A stretch of 64,000 bases of DNA from the human T2T-CHM13v2.0 reference genome, Homo sapiens, in NCBI RefSeq assembly GCF_009914755.1, contig NC_060948.1. One strand, given 5' to 3'. Below the pieces are notes generated by a model that searched no databases, was not told the origin of the DNA, and worked only from the letters and a program-made list of their open reading frames with translations. Below are positions 28,301 through 43,300 of the stretch, piece after piece (positions within the stretch are counted from its first letter, which is position 1; each line of letters begins with the position of its first letter). The position numbers and the translations under genes were made by a program.

Positions 28301-31300
28301 AAATGGAATCGAAGAGAATAGAAACAAATGGAATGGAATTGAATGGAATGGAATTGAATGGAATGGGAACGAATGGAGTGAAATTGTATGCAGTAGAAGA
28401 GAATAGAATGGAATGCAAGCGAAAGGAAAGGAATGGATTGGAATGGAATGGAATTCATTGGAATGGAAGGGAATGTAGTGTAATGGACAGGCCTGGAATA
28501 AAGTGGAATGCTACGGTCTCGAGTGGAATAAAAATGTATGGATTGGAATGCAATGAAACGGAATCGAATGTCATAGAATGTAATGGAATGCAAAAAAATG
28601 GAATCCGAAATCATTGACTGGAAAGGCTGGGTGTCGAAAGGAATTGACTCCAATGGAATGGAATCGAATGGAATGGAAGTGAATAGAATCGAACTAAATC
28701 GAATGGAATGGAATTGATAGGAACGGAATGGAAAGGAATGCAATGATTTGGCACGGAATGGAATCGAATGGCATCGAATGGAATGGAATGGAATGCAATG
28801 GAATGGAATGTATTAGAATGTAATGAACTTTAATGGAATGTACTCGAAAGGATTTGACTGGAATGGAATGTTCTGGAAGTGAATGGACTCCAATGGAATG
28901 GATTCGAAAGGAATGGAATCGTACGGAATGGAATCTAATGGAATGGAATTAAATGGAAATGAATCAAATTGAATAGCACGGAATTGAATTGAATGGAATG
29001 GAATGCAATGGAATCTAATGAAACAGAAAGGAAAGGAATGCAATGGAATGGAATGGGCTGGAATGGAAAGGAATCGAAACGAATGGAATGGAATCGAACT
29101 GAAGAGACTGGAATGGAATGCACTGGAATGGAAGGGAGTGTAATGGAAGGTTCTCGAAAAAAATGGAATCGAATGGAATGGAATTGAGTGGAACGGAATA
29201 GAGTCGAATGGAATTGAATGGAATGGAATGGACTAGAGTGAAATGGAATCGAACCACAAGGAATGGACAGGAATAGAATGGTCTCGAATTGAATGGAATC
29301 GTATGGAATGGCATCAAACGGAATGGAATGGACAGCCACGGAATGGAATGCACTCGAATGCAATGGAGTCGAAACTAATGGACTGGAATAGAATGGACTC
29401 GACTGGTACGGACTCCAATGGAATGGAATCGAATGGAAGGGAATCGAACGGAATGGACTCGAAGGGAAAAGACTGCAATGGAAAGGTCTCGAATGGAATG
29501 GAAATTAATGGAATGGAATGGAATCGAATGAAATGGAGTCAAAAGGAATGGAATCGAATGGCAAGAAATCGAATGTAATGGAATCGCAAGGAATTGATAT
29601 GAACGGAACGGAATGGAATGGAATCCAAAGGAATGGAATAGAATGGAATGGAATCGAATGGAAAGGACTCGAATGGAAATCACTCGAATAGAATGCAATT
29701 TAATAAAATAGGATCAAATGTAATGGAATGGAATGGAAAGGAATCGAAACGAAAGGAATGGAGACAGATGGAATGGAATGGAACAGATAGCAATGGTATA
29801 CAATGGAATGGAATCATCTGGAATGGAATTGAATGGAATGGAATAATATGAAATGGAATGGAATGGAATGGAATGGAATGCCCTTGAATTAAATGGACTG
29901 GACTCGAACAGAGTGGAATGGAAAGTGTTGAGATAGAATGGAATGGACTCCTTTGGAATGGTCTAGTATGCAATGCAATCGACTGGCAGGGAATCAAAAG
30001 GAATGTAATGGAATGGATTGGACTGGAATGCAATGGACTCGAATAGATTGGAAACGGAATGCAAAGGAATGGAATGGAATAGTATGGAATGGAATGGAAA
30101 GGAAAGGAGTGGAATAGACTAGAGTGGAATGGAATGGACTGGAAAGCAATGGACTGGAATGAAACTTTCTTGAATGGACTGGAATCAAACGGAATGGAAT
30201 GCAATGCAATCAAATGGCATGGAATAAGATAGAATGAAAGAGAATCAAATGGAATTGAATCGAATGGAATCGAATGGATTGGAAAGGAAGAGAATGGAAT
30301 GGAATGGAATTGACTCAAATGGAATGGACTAGAATGGAATGGATTCGAATGGAAGGCAAAGGAATGGAATCTATTGGAATGGACTGTAATGGAATGGAAT
30401 GGAAGGGATTGGAATGGACTCGAATGGAATGGACTGCAATAGAAAGGATTCGAATGGAATGAAAAAGAATTGAATGGAATAGAACAGAATGGAATCAAAT
30501 CGAATGAAATGGAATGGAATAGAAAGGAATGGAGTGAAATGGAATGGAAAGGATTCGAATGGAATGCAATCGAATGGAATGGAATCGAACGGAATGGAAT
30601 AAAATGGAAGAAAACTGGCAAGAAATGGAATCGAAATGAATGGAGTGTTATGGAACGGACTCAAAAGGAATTGAATGTAATAGAATGGAGTGGAGTGAAC
30701 TCGAATATAATGGACTGGAATGGAATGAAATCACATGGAATGGGAACGAATGGAATGGAATGGAAAGGAATGGAATCGAATGGAAAGGAATCGAACGGAA
30801 GGGAATGAAATTGAATCAACAGGAATGGAAGGGAATAGAATAGACTGTAATGGAATGGACACGAATAGAATGGACACGAATGCTCAAATTGAATGGACTC
30901 GAATGGAATGGAAAGGAAAGGAAAGTCATCGAATGGAATTGAATCGATTGGAATGAAATCGCATAGAATGGATTGGAATCAAATGGAATTGAATCGAAAG
31001 GAAAGGAAGCGAATGGACTGAAATGAAATGGAATGGAATGGAATGGAAAGTAATGCAATGGAATAGAATGGAAAGAAATTTCACGGAATGGAATCAAACT
31101 GAATGGAATCAAATCAATGGAATCTAATCAAATGGAATGGAAAGGAATTGAATGGAGTATATTGGATTGGATGGGATTGGAATGAAATGTACTGGAAAGG
31201 ACTCGAATTTCATGAAACGGAATGGAATGAATTGGAACGGAATGGACTCGAATGGAATGGAATGACATGGAATGGCATCAAATGGAATGGCATCAAATGG

Positions 31301-34300
31301 AATGGAATCGAATACAATGGAATGCTATGGAATGGAATGGAATGCATTGGAATGGAATGTCCTCTAATGGATTGGATTCGAGTGGAATGGAATCGAATAT
31401 AATGGAGTCGAATGAAATGGAATTGAAAGGAATGGGATCGAATAGAATGGAATATACTGGAATGTAATGTAATGAACTCGAATGTAATTGACTGGAATGG
31501 AATGTACATGAATGGAATGTAATCGAATGGAAAGTAATCCAATGGAATAGAATCTAATGCAATAAAATCGACTCAGATAGAGTAGAATGTAATGGAATGG
31601 AGTGCAGTGCAATGGAATGGAATGGAATGGAATGCAATGGAATGGAATGGAATGGAATGGAATGGGATGGAATGGGGTGGAATGGTATGGAATGGATAGT
31701 AATGGACTGGAGTGAAATGGACTGGAAAGGAATGGACTCAAATTGAAAGGGCTCGAAAGGAATGGAGACAAATGAAATGGTCTGGAATGGAATGAACACG
31801 AATGTAATGCAATCCAATAGAATGGAGTCGAATGGCATGGAATATAAAGAAATGGAATCGAAGAGAATGGAAACAAATGGAATGGAATTGAATGGAATGG
31901 AATTGAATGGAATGGGAACGAATGGAGTGAAATTGTATGCAGTAGAAGAGAATAGAATGGAATGCAAGCGAAAGGAAAGGAATGGATTGGAATGGAATGG
32001 AATTCATTGGAATGGAAGGGAATGTAGTGTAATGGACAGGCCTGGAATAAAGTGGAATGCTACGGTCTCAAATAGAATAAAAATGTATGGAATGGAATGC
32101 AATGAAACGGAATCGAATGTCATAGAATGTAATGGAATGCAAAAAAATGGAATCCAAAATCATTGACTGGAAAGGCTGGGTGTCGAAAGGAATTGACTCC
32201 AATGGAATGGAATCGAATGGAATGGAAGTGAATAGAATCGAACTAAATCGAATGGAATGGAATTGATAGGAACGGAATGGAAAGGAATGCAATGATTTGG
32301 CATGGAATGGAATCGAATGGCATCGAATGGAATGGAATGGAATGCAATGGAATGGAATGTATTAGAATGTAATGAACTTTAATGGAATGTACTCGAATGG
32401 ATTCGACTGGAATGGAATGTTCTGGAAGTGAATGGACTCCAATGGAATGGATTCAAAAGGAATGGAATCGTACGGAATGGAATCTAATGGAATGGAATTA
32501 AATGGAAATGAATCAAATTGAATAGCACGGAATTGAATTGAATGGAATCGAATGCAATGGAATCTAATGAAACGGAAAGGAAAGGAATGGAATGGAATGG
32601 AATGGGCTGGAATGGAAAGGAATCGAAACGAATGGAATGGAATCGAACTGAAGAGACTGGAATGGAATGCAGTGGAATGGAAAGGAGTGTAATGGAAGGT
32701 TCTCGAAAAAAATGGAATCGAATGGAATGGAATTGAATGGAACGGAATAGAGTCGAATGGAATTGAATGGAATGGAATGGACTAGAGTGAAATGGAATCG
32801 AACCACAAGGAATGGACAGGAATAGAATGGTCTCGAATTGAATGGAATCGTATGGAATGGCATCAAACGGAATGGAATGGACAGCCACGGAATGGAATGC
32901 ACTCGAATGCAATGGAGTCGAAACTAATGGACTGGAATAGAATGGATTCGACTGGTACGGACTCCAATGGAATGGAATCGAATGGAAGGGAATCGAACGG
33001 AATGGACTCGAAGGGAAAAGACTGCAATGGAAAGGTCTCGAATGGAATGGAAATTAATGGAATGGAATGGAATCGAATGAAATGGAGTCAAAAGGAATGG
33101 AATCGAATGGCAAGAAATCAAATGTAATGGAATCGCAAGGAATTGATGTGAACGGAACGGAATGGAATGGAATCCAAAGGAATGGAATAGAATGGAATGG
33201 AATCGAATGGAAAGGACTCGAATGGAAATCACTCGAATAGAATGCAATTTAATAAAATAGGATCAAATGTAATGGAATGGAATGGAAAGGAATCGAAACG
33301 AAAGGAATGGAGACCGATGGAATGGAATGGAACAGAGAGCAATGGTATAGAATGGAATGGAATCATCTGGAATGGAATTGAATGGAATGGAATAATATGA
33401 AATGGAATGGAATGGAATGGAATGGAATGCCCTTGAATTAAATGGACTGGAATGGAATGGACTCGAACACAGTGGAATGGAAAGTGTTGAGATAGAATGG
33501 AATGGACTCCTTCGGAATGGTGTAGTATGCAATGCAATCGACTGGCAGGGAATCAAAAGGAATGTAATGGAATGGATTGGACTGGAATGCAATGGACTCG
33601 AATAGATTGGAAACGGAATGCAAAGGAATGGAATGGAATAGTATGGAATGGAATGGAAAGGAATGGAGTGGAATAGACTAGAGTGGAATGGAATGGACTG
33701 GAAAGCAATGGACTGGAATGGAACTTTCTTGAATGGACTGGAATCAAACGGAATGGAATGCAATGCAATCAAATGGCATAGAATAAGATAGAATGAAAGA
33801 GAATCAAATGGAATTGAATGGAATGGAATCGAATGGATTGGAAAGGAATAGAATGGAATGGAATGGAATTGACTCAAATGGAATGGACTAGAATGGAATG
33901 GATTCGAATGGAAGGCAAAGGAATGGAATCTATTGGAATGGACTGTAATGGAATGCAATGGAAGTGATTGGAATGGACTCGAATGGAATGGACTGCAATA
34001 GAAAGGATTCGAATGGAATGAAAAAGAATTGAATGGAATAGAACAGAATGGAATCAAATCGAATGAAATGGAATGGAATAGAAAGGAATGGAATGAAATG
34101 GAATGGAAAGGATTCGAATGGAATGCAAACGAATGGAATGGAATCGAACGGAATGGAATAAAATGGAAGAAAACTGGCAAGAAATGGAATCGAAATGAAT
34201 GGAGTGTTATGGAAGGGACTCAAAAGGAATTGAATGTAATAGAATGGAGTGGAGTGGACTCGAATATAATGGACTTGAATGGAATGAAATCACATGGAAT

Positions 34301-37300
34301 GGGAACGAATGGAATGGAATGGAAAGGAATGGAATCGAATGGAAAGGAATCGAATGGAAGGGAATGAAATTGAACCAACAGGAATGGAAGGGAATAGAAT
34401 AGACCGTAATGGAATGGACTCGAATAGAATGGACACGAATGCTCAAATTGAATGGACTCGAATGGAATGGAAACGAAAGGAATGTCATCGAATGGAATTG
34501 AATCGATTGGAATGAAATCGCATAGAATGGAGTGGAATCAAATGGAATTGAATCGAAAGGAAAGGAAGCGAATGGACTGAAATGAAATGGAATGGAATTG
34601 AATGGAAAGTAATGCAATGGAATAGAATGGAACGAAATTTCACGGAATGGAATCAAACTGAATGGAATCAAATCAATGGAATCTAATCAAATGGAATGGA
34701 AAGGAATTGAATGGAGTAGATTGGATTGGATGGGATTGGAATGAAATGTACTGGAAAGGACTCGAATTTCATGAAACGGAATGGAATGAATTGGAACGGA
34801 ATGGACTCGAATGGAATGGAATGTCATGGAATGGCATCAAATGGAATGGCATCAAATGGAATGGAATCGAATGCAATGGAATGCTATGGAATGGAATGGA
34901 ATGCATTGGAATGGAATGTCCTCTAATGGAATGGATTCGAGTGGAATGGAATCGAATATAATGGAGTCGAATGAAATGGAATTGAAAAGAATGGGATCGA
35001 ATACAATGGAATATACTGGAATGTAATGTAATGAACTCGAATGTAATTGACTGGAATGGAATGTATATGAATGGAATGTAATCGAATGGAAAGTAATCCA
35101 ATGGAATAGAATCTAATGCAATAAAATCGACTCAGATAGAGTAGAATGTAATGGAATGGAGTGCAGTGCAATGGAATGGAATGGAATGGAATGCAATGGA
35201 ATGGAATGGAATGGAATGGAATGGGATGGAATGGTATGGAATGGATAATAATGGACTGGAGTGAAATGGACTGGAAAGGAATGGACTCAAATTGAAAGGG
35301 CTCGAAAGGAATGGAGACAAATGGAATGGTCTGGAATGGAATGAACACGAATGTAATGCAATCCAATAGAATAGAGTCGAATGGCATGGAATATAAAGAA
35401 ATGGAATCGAAGAGAATAGAAACAAATGGAATGGAATTGAATGGAATGGAATTGAATGGAATGGGAACGAATGGAGTGAAATTGTATGCAGTAGAAGAGA
35501 ATAGAATGGAATGCAAGCGAAAGGAAAGGAATGGATTGGAATGGAATGGAATTCATTGGAATGGAAGGGAATGTAGTGTAATGGACAGGCCTGGAATAAA
35601 GTGGAATGCTACGGTCTCGAGTGGAATAAAAATGTATGGATTGGAATGCAATGAAACGGAATCGAATGTCATAGAATGTAATGGAATGCAAAAAAATGGA
35701 ATCCGAAATCATTGACTGGAAAGGCTGGGTGTCGAAAGGAATTGACTCCAATGGAATGGAATCGAATGGAATGGAAGTGAATAGAATCGAACTAAATCGA
35801 ATGGAATGGAATTGATAGGAACGGAATGGAAAGGAATGCAATGATTTGGCACGGAATGGAATCGAATGGCATCGAATGGAATGGAATGGAATGCAGTGGA
35901 ATGGAATGTATTAGAATGTAATGAACTTTAATGGAATGTACTCGAAAGGATTTGACTGGAATGGAATGTTCTGGAAGTGAATGGACTCCAATGGAATGGA
36001 TTCGAAAGGAATGGAATCGTACGGAATGGAATCTAATGGAATGGAATTAAATGGAAATGAATCAAATTGAATAGCACGGAATTGAATTGAATGGAATGGA
36101 ATGCAATGGAATCTAATGAAACGGAAAGGAAAGGAATGCAATGGAATGGAATGGGCTGGAATGGAAAGGAATCGAAACGAATGGAATGGAATCGAACTGA
36201 AGAGACTGGAATGGAATGCACTGGAATGGAAGGAAGTGTAATGGAAGGTTCTCGAAAAAAATGGAATCGAATGGAATGGAATTGAGTGGAACGGAATAGA
36301 GTCGAATGGAATTGAATGGAATGGAATGGACTAGAGTGAAATGGAATCGAACCACAAGGAATGGACAGGAATAGAATGGTCTCGAATTGAATGGAATCGT
36401 ATGGAATGGCATCAAACGGAATGGAATGGACAGCCACGGAATGGAATGCACTCGAATGCAATGGAGTCGAAACTAATGGACTGGAATAGAATGGACTCGA
36501 CTGGTACGGACTCCAATGGAATGGAATCGAATGGAAGGGAATCGAACGGAATGGACTCGAAGGGAAAAGACTGCAATGGAAAGGTCTCGAATGGAATGGA
36601 AATTAATGGAATGGAATGGAATCGAATGAAATGGAGTCAAAAGGAATGGAATCGAATGGCAAGAAATCGAATGTAATGGAATCGCAAGGAATTGATATGG
36701 ACGGAACGGAATGGAATGGAATCCAAAGGAATGGAATAGAATGGAATGGAATCGAATGGAAAGGACTCGAATGGAAATCACTCGAATAGAATGCAATTTA
36801 ATAAAATAGGATCAAATGTAATGGAATGGAATGGAAAGGAATCGAAACGAAAGGAATGGAGACAGATGGAATGGAATGGAACAGATAGCAATGGTATACA
36901 ATGGAATGGAATCATCTGGAATGGAATTGAATGGAATGGAATAATATGAAATGGAATGGAATGGAATGGAATGGAATGCCCTTGAATTAAATGGACTGGA
37001 CTCGAACAGAGTGGAATGGAAAGTGTTGAGATAGAATGGAATGGACTCCTTTGGAATGGTCTAGTATGCAATGCAATCGACTGGCAGGGAATCAAAAGGA
37101 ATGTAATGGAATGGATTGGACTGGAATGCAATGGACTCGAATAGATTGCAAACGGAATGCAAAGGAATGGAATGGAATAGTATGGAATGGAATGGAAAGG
37201 AATGGAGTGGAATAGACTAGAGTGGAATGGAATGGACTGGAAAGCAATGGACTGGAATGAAACTTTCTTGAATGGACTGGAATCAAACGGAATGGAATGC

Positions 37301-40300
37301 AATGCAATCAAATGGCATGGAATAAGATAGAATGAAAGAGAATCAAATGGAATTGAATCGAATGGAATCGAATGGATTGGAAAGGAAGAGAATGGAATGG
37401 AATGGAATTGACTCAAATGGAATGGACTAGAATGGAATGGATTCGAATGGAAGGCAAAGGAATGGAATCTATTGGAATGGACTGTAATGGAATGGAATGG
37501 AAGGGATTGGAATGGACTCGAATGGAATGGACTGCAATAGAAAGGATTCGAATGGAATGAAAAAGAATTGAATGGAATAGAACAGAATGGAATCAAATCG
37601 AATGAAATGGAATGGAATAGAAAGGAATGGAATGAAATGGAATGGAAAGGATTCGAATGGAATGCAATCGAATGGAATGGAATCGAACGGAATGGAATAA
37701 AATGGAAGAAAACTGGCAAGAAATGGAATCGAAATGAATGGAGTGTTATGGAACGGACTCAAAAGGAATTGAATGTAATAGAATGGAGTGGAGTGAACTC
37801 GAATATAATGGACTGGAATGGAATGAAATCACATGGAATGGGAACGAATGGAATGGAATGGAAAGGAATGGAATCGAATGGAAAGGAATCGAACGGAAGG
37901 GAATGAAATTGAATCAACAGGAATGGAAGGGAATAGAATAGACTGTAATGGAATGGACACGAATAGAATGGACACGAATGCTCAAATTGAATGGACTCGA
38001 ATGGAATGGAAAGGAAAGGAAAGTCATCGAATGGAATTGAATCGATTGGAATGAAATCGCATAGAATGGAGTGGAATCAAATGGAATTGAATCGAAAGGA
38101 AAGGAAGCGAATGGACTGAAATGAAATGGAATGGAATGGAATGGAAAGTAACGCAATGGAATAGAATGGAAAGAAATTTCACGGAATGGAATCAAACTGA
38201 ATGGAATCAAATCAATGGAATCTAATCAAATGGAATGGAAAGGAATTGAATGGAGTATATTGGATTGGATGGGATTGGAATGAAATGTACTGGAAAGGAC
38301 TCGAATTTCATGAAACGGAATGGAATGAATTGGAACGGAATGGACTCGAATGGAATGGAATGACATGGAATGGCATCAAATGGAATGGCATCAAATGGAA
38401 TGGAATCGAATACAATGGAATGCTATGGAATGGAATGGAATGCATTGGAATGGAATGTCCTCTAATGGAATGGATTCGAGTGGAATGGAATCGAATATAA
38501 TGGAGTCGAATGAAATGGAATTGAAAGGAATGGGATCGAATAGAATGGAATATACTGGAATGTAATGTAATGAACTCGAATGTAATTGACTGGAATGGAA
38601 TGTACATGAATGGAATGTAATCGAATGGAAAGTAATCCAATGGAATAGAATCTAATGCAATAAAATCGACTCAGATAGAGTAGAATGTAATGGAATGGAG
38701 TGCAGTGCAATGGAATGGAATGGAATGGAATGCAATGGAATGGAATGGAATGGAATGGAATGGGATGGAATGGGGTGGAATGGTATGGAATGGATAGTAA
38801 TGGACTGGAGTGAAATGGACTGGAAAGGAATGGACTCAAATTGAAAGGGCTCGAAAGGAATGGAGACAAATGAAATGGTCTGGAATGGAATGAACACGAA
38901 TGTAATGCAATCCAATAGAATGGAGTCGAATGGCATGGAATATAAAGAAATGGAATCGAAGAGAATGGAAACAAATGGAATGGAATTGAATGGAATGGAA
39001 TTGAATGGAATGGGAACGAATGGAGTGAAATTGTATGCAGTAGAAGAGAATAGAATGGAATGCAAGCGAAAGGAAAGGAATGGATTGGAATGGAATGGAA
39101 TTCATTGGAATGGAAGGGAATGTAGTGTAATGGACAGGCCTGGAATAAAGTGGAATGCTACGGTCTCAAATAGAATAAAAATGTATGGAATGGAATGCAA
39201 TGAAACGGAATCGAATGTCATAGAATGTAATGGAATGCAAAAAAATGGAATCCAAAATCATTGACTGGAAAGGCTGGGTGTCGAAAGGAATTGACTCCAA
39301 TGGAATGGAATCGAATGGAATGGAAGTGAATAGAATCGAACTAAATCGAATGGAATGGAATTGATAGGAACGGAATGGAAAGGAATGCAATGATTTGGCA
39401 TGGAATGGAATCGAATGTCATCGAATGGAATGGAATGGAATGCAATGGAATGGAATGTATTAGAATGTAATGAACTTTAATGGAATGTACTCGAATGGAT
39501 TCGACTGGAATGGAATGTTCTGGAAGTGAATGGACTCCAATGGAATGGATTCAAAAGGAATGGAATCGTACGGAATGGAATCTAATGGAATGGAATTAAA
39601 TGGAAATGAATCAAATTGAATAGCACGGAATTGAATTGAATGGAATCGAATGCAATGGAATCTAATGAAACGGAAAGGAAAGGAATGGAATGGAATGGAA
39701 TGGGCTGGAATGGAAAGGAATCGAAACGAATGGAATGGAATCGAACTGAAGAGACTGGAATGGAATGCACTGGAATGGAAGGGAGTGTAATGGAAGGTTC
39801 TCGAAAAAAATGGAATCGAATGGAATGGAATTGAATGGAACGGAATAGAGTCGAATGGAATTGAATGGAATGGAATGGACTAGAGTGAAATGGAATCGAA
39901 CCACAAGGAATGGACAGGAATAGAATGGTCTCGAATTGAATGGAATCGTATGGAATGGCATCAAACGGAATGGAATGGACAGCCACGGAATGGAATGCAC
40001 TCGAATGCAATGGAGTCGAAACTAATGGACTGGAATAGAATGGATTCGACTGGTACGGACTCCAATGGAATGGAATCGAATGGAAGGGAATCGAACGGAA
40101 TGGACTCGAAGGGAAAAGACTGCAATGGAAAGGTCTCGAATGGAATGGAAATTAATGGAATGGAATGGAATCGAATGAAATGGAGTCAAAAGGAATGGAA
40201 TCGAATGGCAAGAAATCAAATGTAATGGAATCGCAAGGAATTGATGTGAACGGAACGGAATGGAATGGAATCCAAAGGAATGGAATAGAATGGAATGGAA

Positions 40301-43300
40301 TCGAATGGAAAGGACTCGAATGGAAATCACTCGAATAGAATGCAATTTAATAAAATAGGATCAAATGTAATGGAATGGAATGGAAAGGAATCGAAACGAA
40401 AGGAATGGAGACCGATGGAATGGAATGGAACAGAGAGCAATGGTATAGAATGGAATGGAATCATCTGGAATGGAATTGAATGGAATGGAATAATATGAAA
40501 TGGAATGGAATGGAATGGAATGGAATGCCCTTGAATTAAATGGACTGGAATGGAATGGACTCGAACACAGTGGAATGGAAAGTGTTGAGATAGAATGGAA
40601 TGGACTCCTTCGGAATGGTGTAGTATGCAATGCAATCGACTGGCAGGGAATCAAAAGGAATGTAATGGAATGGATTGGACTGGAATGCAATGGACTCGAA
40701 TAGATTGGAAACGGAATGCAAAGGAATGGAATGGAATAGTATGGAATGGAATGGAAAGGAATGGAGTGGAATAGACTAGAGTGGAATGGAATGGACTGGA
40801 AAGCAATGGACTGGAATGGAACTTTCTTGAATGGACTGGAATCAAACGGAATGGAATGCAATGCAATCAAATGGCATAGAATAAGATAGAATGAAAGAGA
40901 ATCAAATGGAATTGAATGGAATGGAATCGAATGGATTGGAAAGGAATAGAATGGAATGGAATGGAATTGACTCAAATGGAATGGACTAGAATGGAATGGA
41001 TTCGAATGGAAGGCAAAGGAATGGAATCTATTGGAATGGACTGTAATGGAATGCAATGGAAGTGATTGGAATGGACTCGAATGGAATGGACTGCAATAGA
41101 AAGGATTCGAATGGAATGAAAAAGAATTGAATGGAATAGAACAGAATGGAATCAAATCGAATGAAATGGAATGGAATAGAAAGGAATGGAATGAAATGGA
41201 ATGGAAAGGATTCGAATGGAATGCAAACGAATGGAATGGAATCGAACGGAATGGAATAAAATGGAAGAAAACTGGCAAGAAATGGAATCGAAATGAATGG
41301 AGTGTTATGGAAGGGACTCAAAAGGAATTGAATGTAATAGAATGGAGTGGAGTGGACTCGAATATAATGGACTTGAATGGAATGAAATCACATGGAATGG
41401 GAACGAATGGAATGGAATGGAAAGGAATGGAATCGAATGGAAAGGAATCGAATGGAAGGGAATGAAATTGAACCAACAGGAATGGAAGGGAATAGAATAG
41501 ACCGTAATGGAATGGACTCGAATAGAATGGACACGAATGCTCAAATTGAATGGACTCGAATGGAATGGAAACGAAAGGAATGTCATCGAATGGAATTGAA
41601 TCGATTGGAATGAAATCGCATAGAATGGAGTGGAATCAAATGGAATTGAATCGAAAGGAAAGGAAGCGAATGGACTGAAATGAAATGGAATGGAATTGAA
41701 TGGAAAGTAATGCAATGGAATAGAATGGAACGAAATTTCACGGAATGGAATCAAACTGAATGGAATCAAATCAATGGAATCTAATCAAATGGAATGGAAA
41801 GGAATTGAATGGAGTAGATTGGATTGGATGGGATTGGAATGAAATGTACTGGAAAGGACTCGAATTTCATGAAACGGAATGGAATGAATTGGAACGGAAT
41901 GGACTCGAATGGAATGGAATGTCATGGAATGGCATCAAATGGAATGGCATCAAATGGAATGGAATCGAATGCAATGGAATGCTATGGAATGGAATGGAAT
42001 GCATTGGAATGGAATGTCCTCTAATGGAATGGATTCGAGTGGAATGGAATCGAATATAATGGAGTCGAATGAAATGGAATTGAAAAGAATGGGATCGAAT
42101 ACAATGGAATATACTGGAATGTAATGTAATGAACTCGAATGTAATTGACTGGAATGGAATGTATATGAATGGAATGTAATCGAATGGAAAGTAATCCAAT
42201 GGAATAGAATCTAATGCAATAAAATCGACTCAGATAGAGTAGAATGTAATGGAATGGAGTGCAGTGCAATGGAATGGAATGGAATGGAATGCAATGGAAT
42301 GGAATGGAATGGAATGGAATGGGATGGAATGGTATGGAATGGATAATAATGGACTGGAGTGAAATGGACTGGAAAGGAATGGACTCAAATTGAAAGGGCT
42401 CGAAAGGAATGGAGACAAATGGAATGGTCTGGAATGGAATGAACACGAATGTAATGCAATCCAATAGAATAGAGTCGAATGGCATGGAATATAAAGAAAT
42501 GGAATCGAAGAGAATAGAAACAAATGGAATGGAATTGAATGGAATGGAATTGAATGGAATGGGAACGAATGGAGTGAAATTGTATGCAGTAGAAGAGAAT
42601 AGAATGGAATGCAAGCGAAAGGAAAGGAATGGATTGGAATGGAATGGAATTCATTGGAATGGAAGGGAATGTAGTGTAATGGACAGGCCTGGAATAAAGT
42701 GGAATGCTACGGTCTCGAGTGGAATAAAAATGTATGGATTGGAATGCAATGAAACGGAATCGAATGTCATAGAATGTAATGGAATGCAAAAAAATGGAAT
42801 CCGAAATCATTGACTGGAAAGGCTGGGTGTCGAAAGGAATTGACTCCAATGGAATGGAATCGAATGGAATGGAAGTGAATAGAATCGAACTAAATCGAAT
42901 GGAATGGAATTGATAGGAACGGAATGGAAAGGAATGCAATGATTTGGCACGGAATGGAATCGAATGGCATCGAATGGAATGGAATGGAATGCAGTGGAAT
43001 GGAATGTATTAGAATGTAATGAACTTTAATGGAATGTACTCGAAAGGATTTGACTGGAATGGAATGTTCTGGAAGTGAATGGACTCCAATGGAATGGATT
43101 CGAAAGGAATGGAATCGTACGGAATGGAATCTAATGGAATGGAATTAAATGGAAATGAATCAAATTGAATAGCACGGAATTGAATTGAATGGAATGGAAT
43201 GCAATGGAATCTAATGAAACGGAAAGGAAAGGAATGCAATGGAATGGAATGGGCTGGAATGGAAAGGAATCGAAACGAATGGAATGGAATCGAACTGAAG

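Noticed and set aside
29680-30621. Longest minus-strand ORF (313 aa), repeated in B units
   Set aside because: Its length varies between units (169, 270, 275, 305, 313 aa) through frameshifting pentamer indels. It is low-complexity sequence with no sign of coding constraint.
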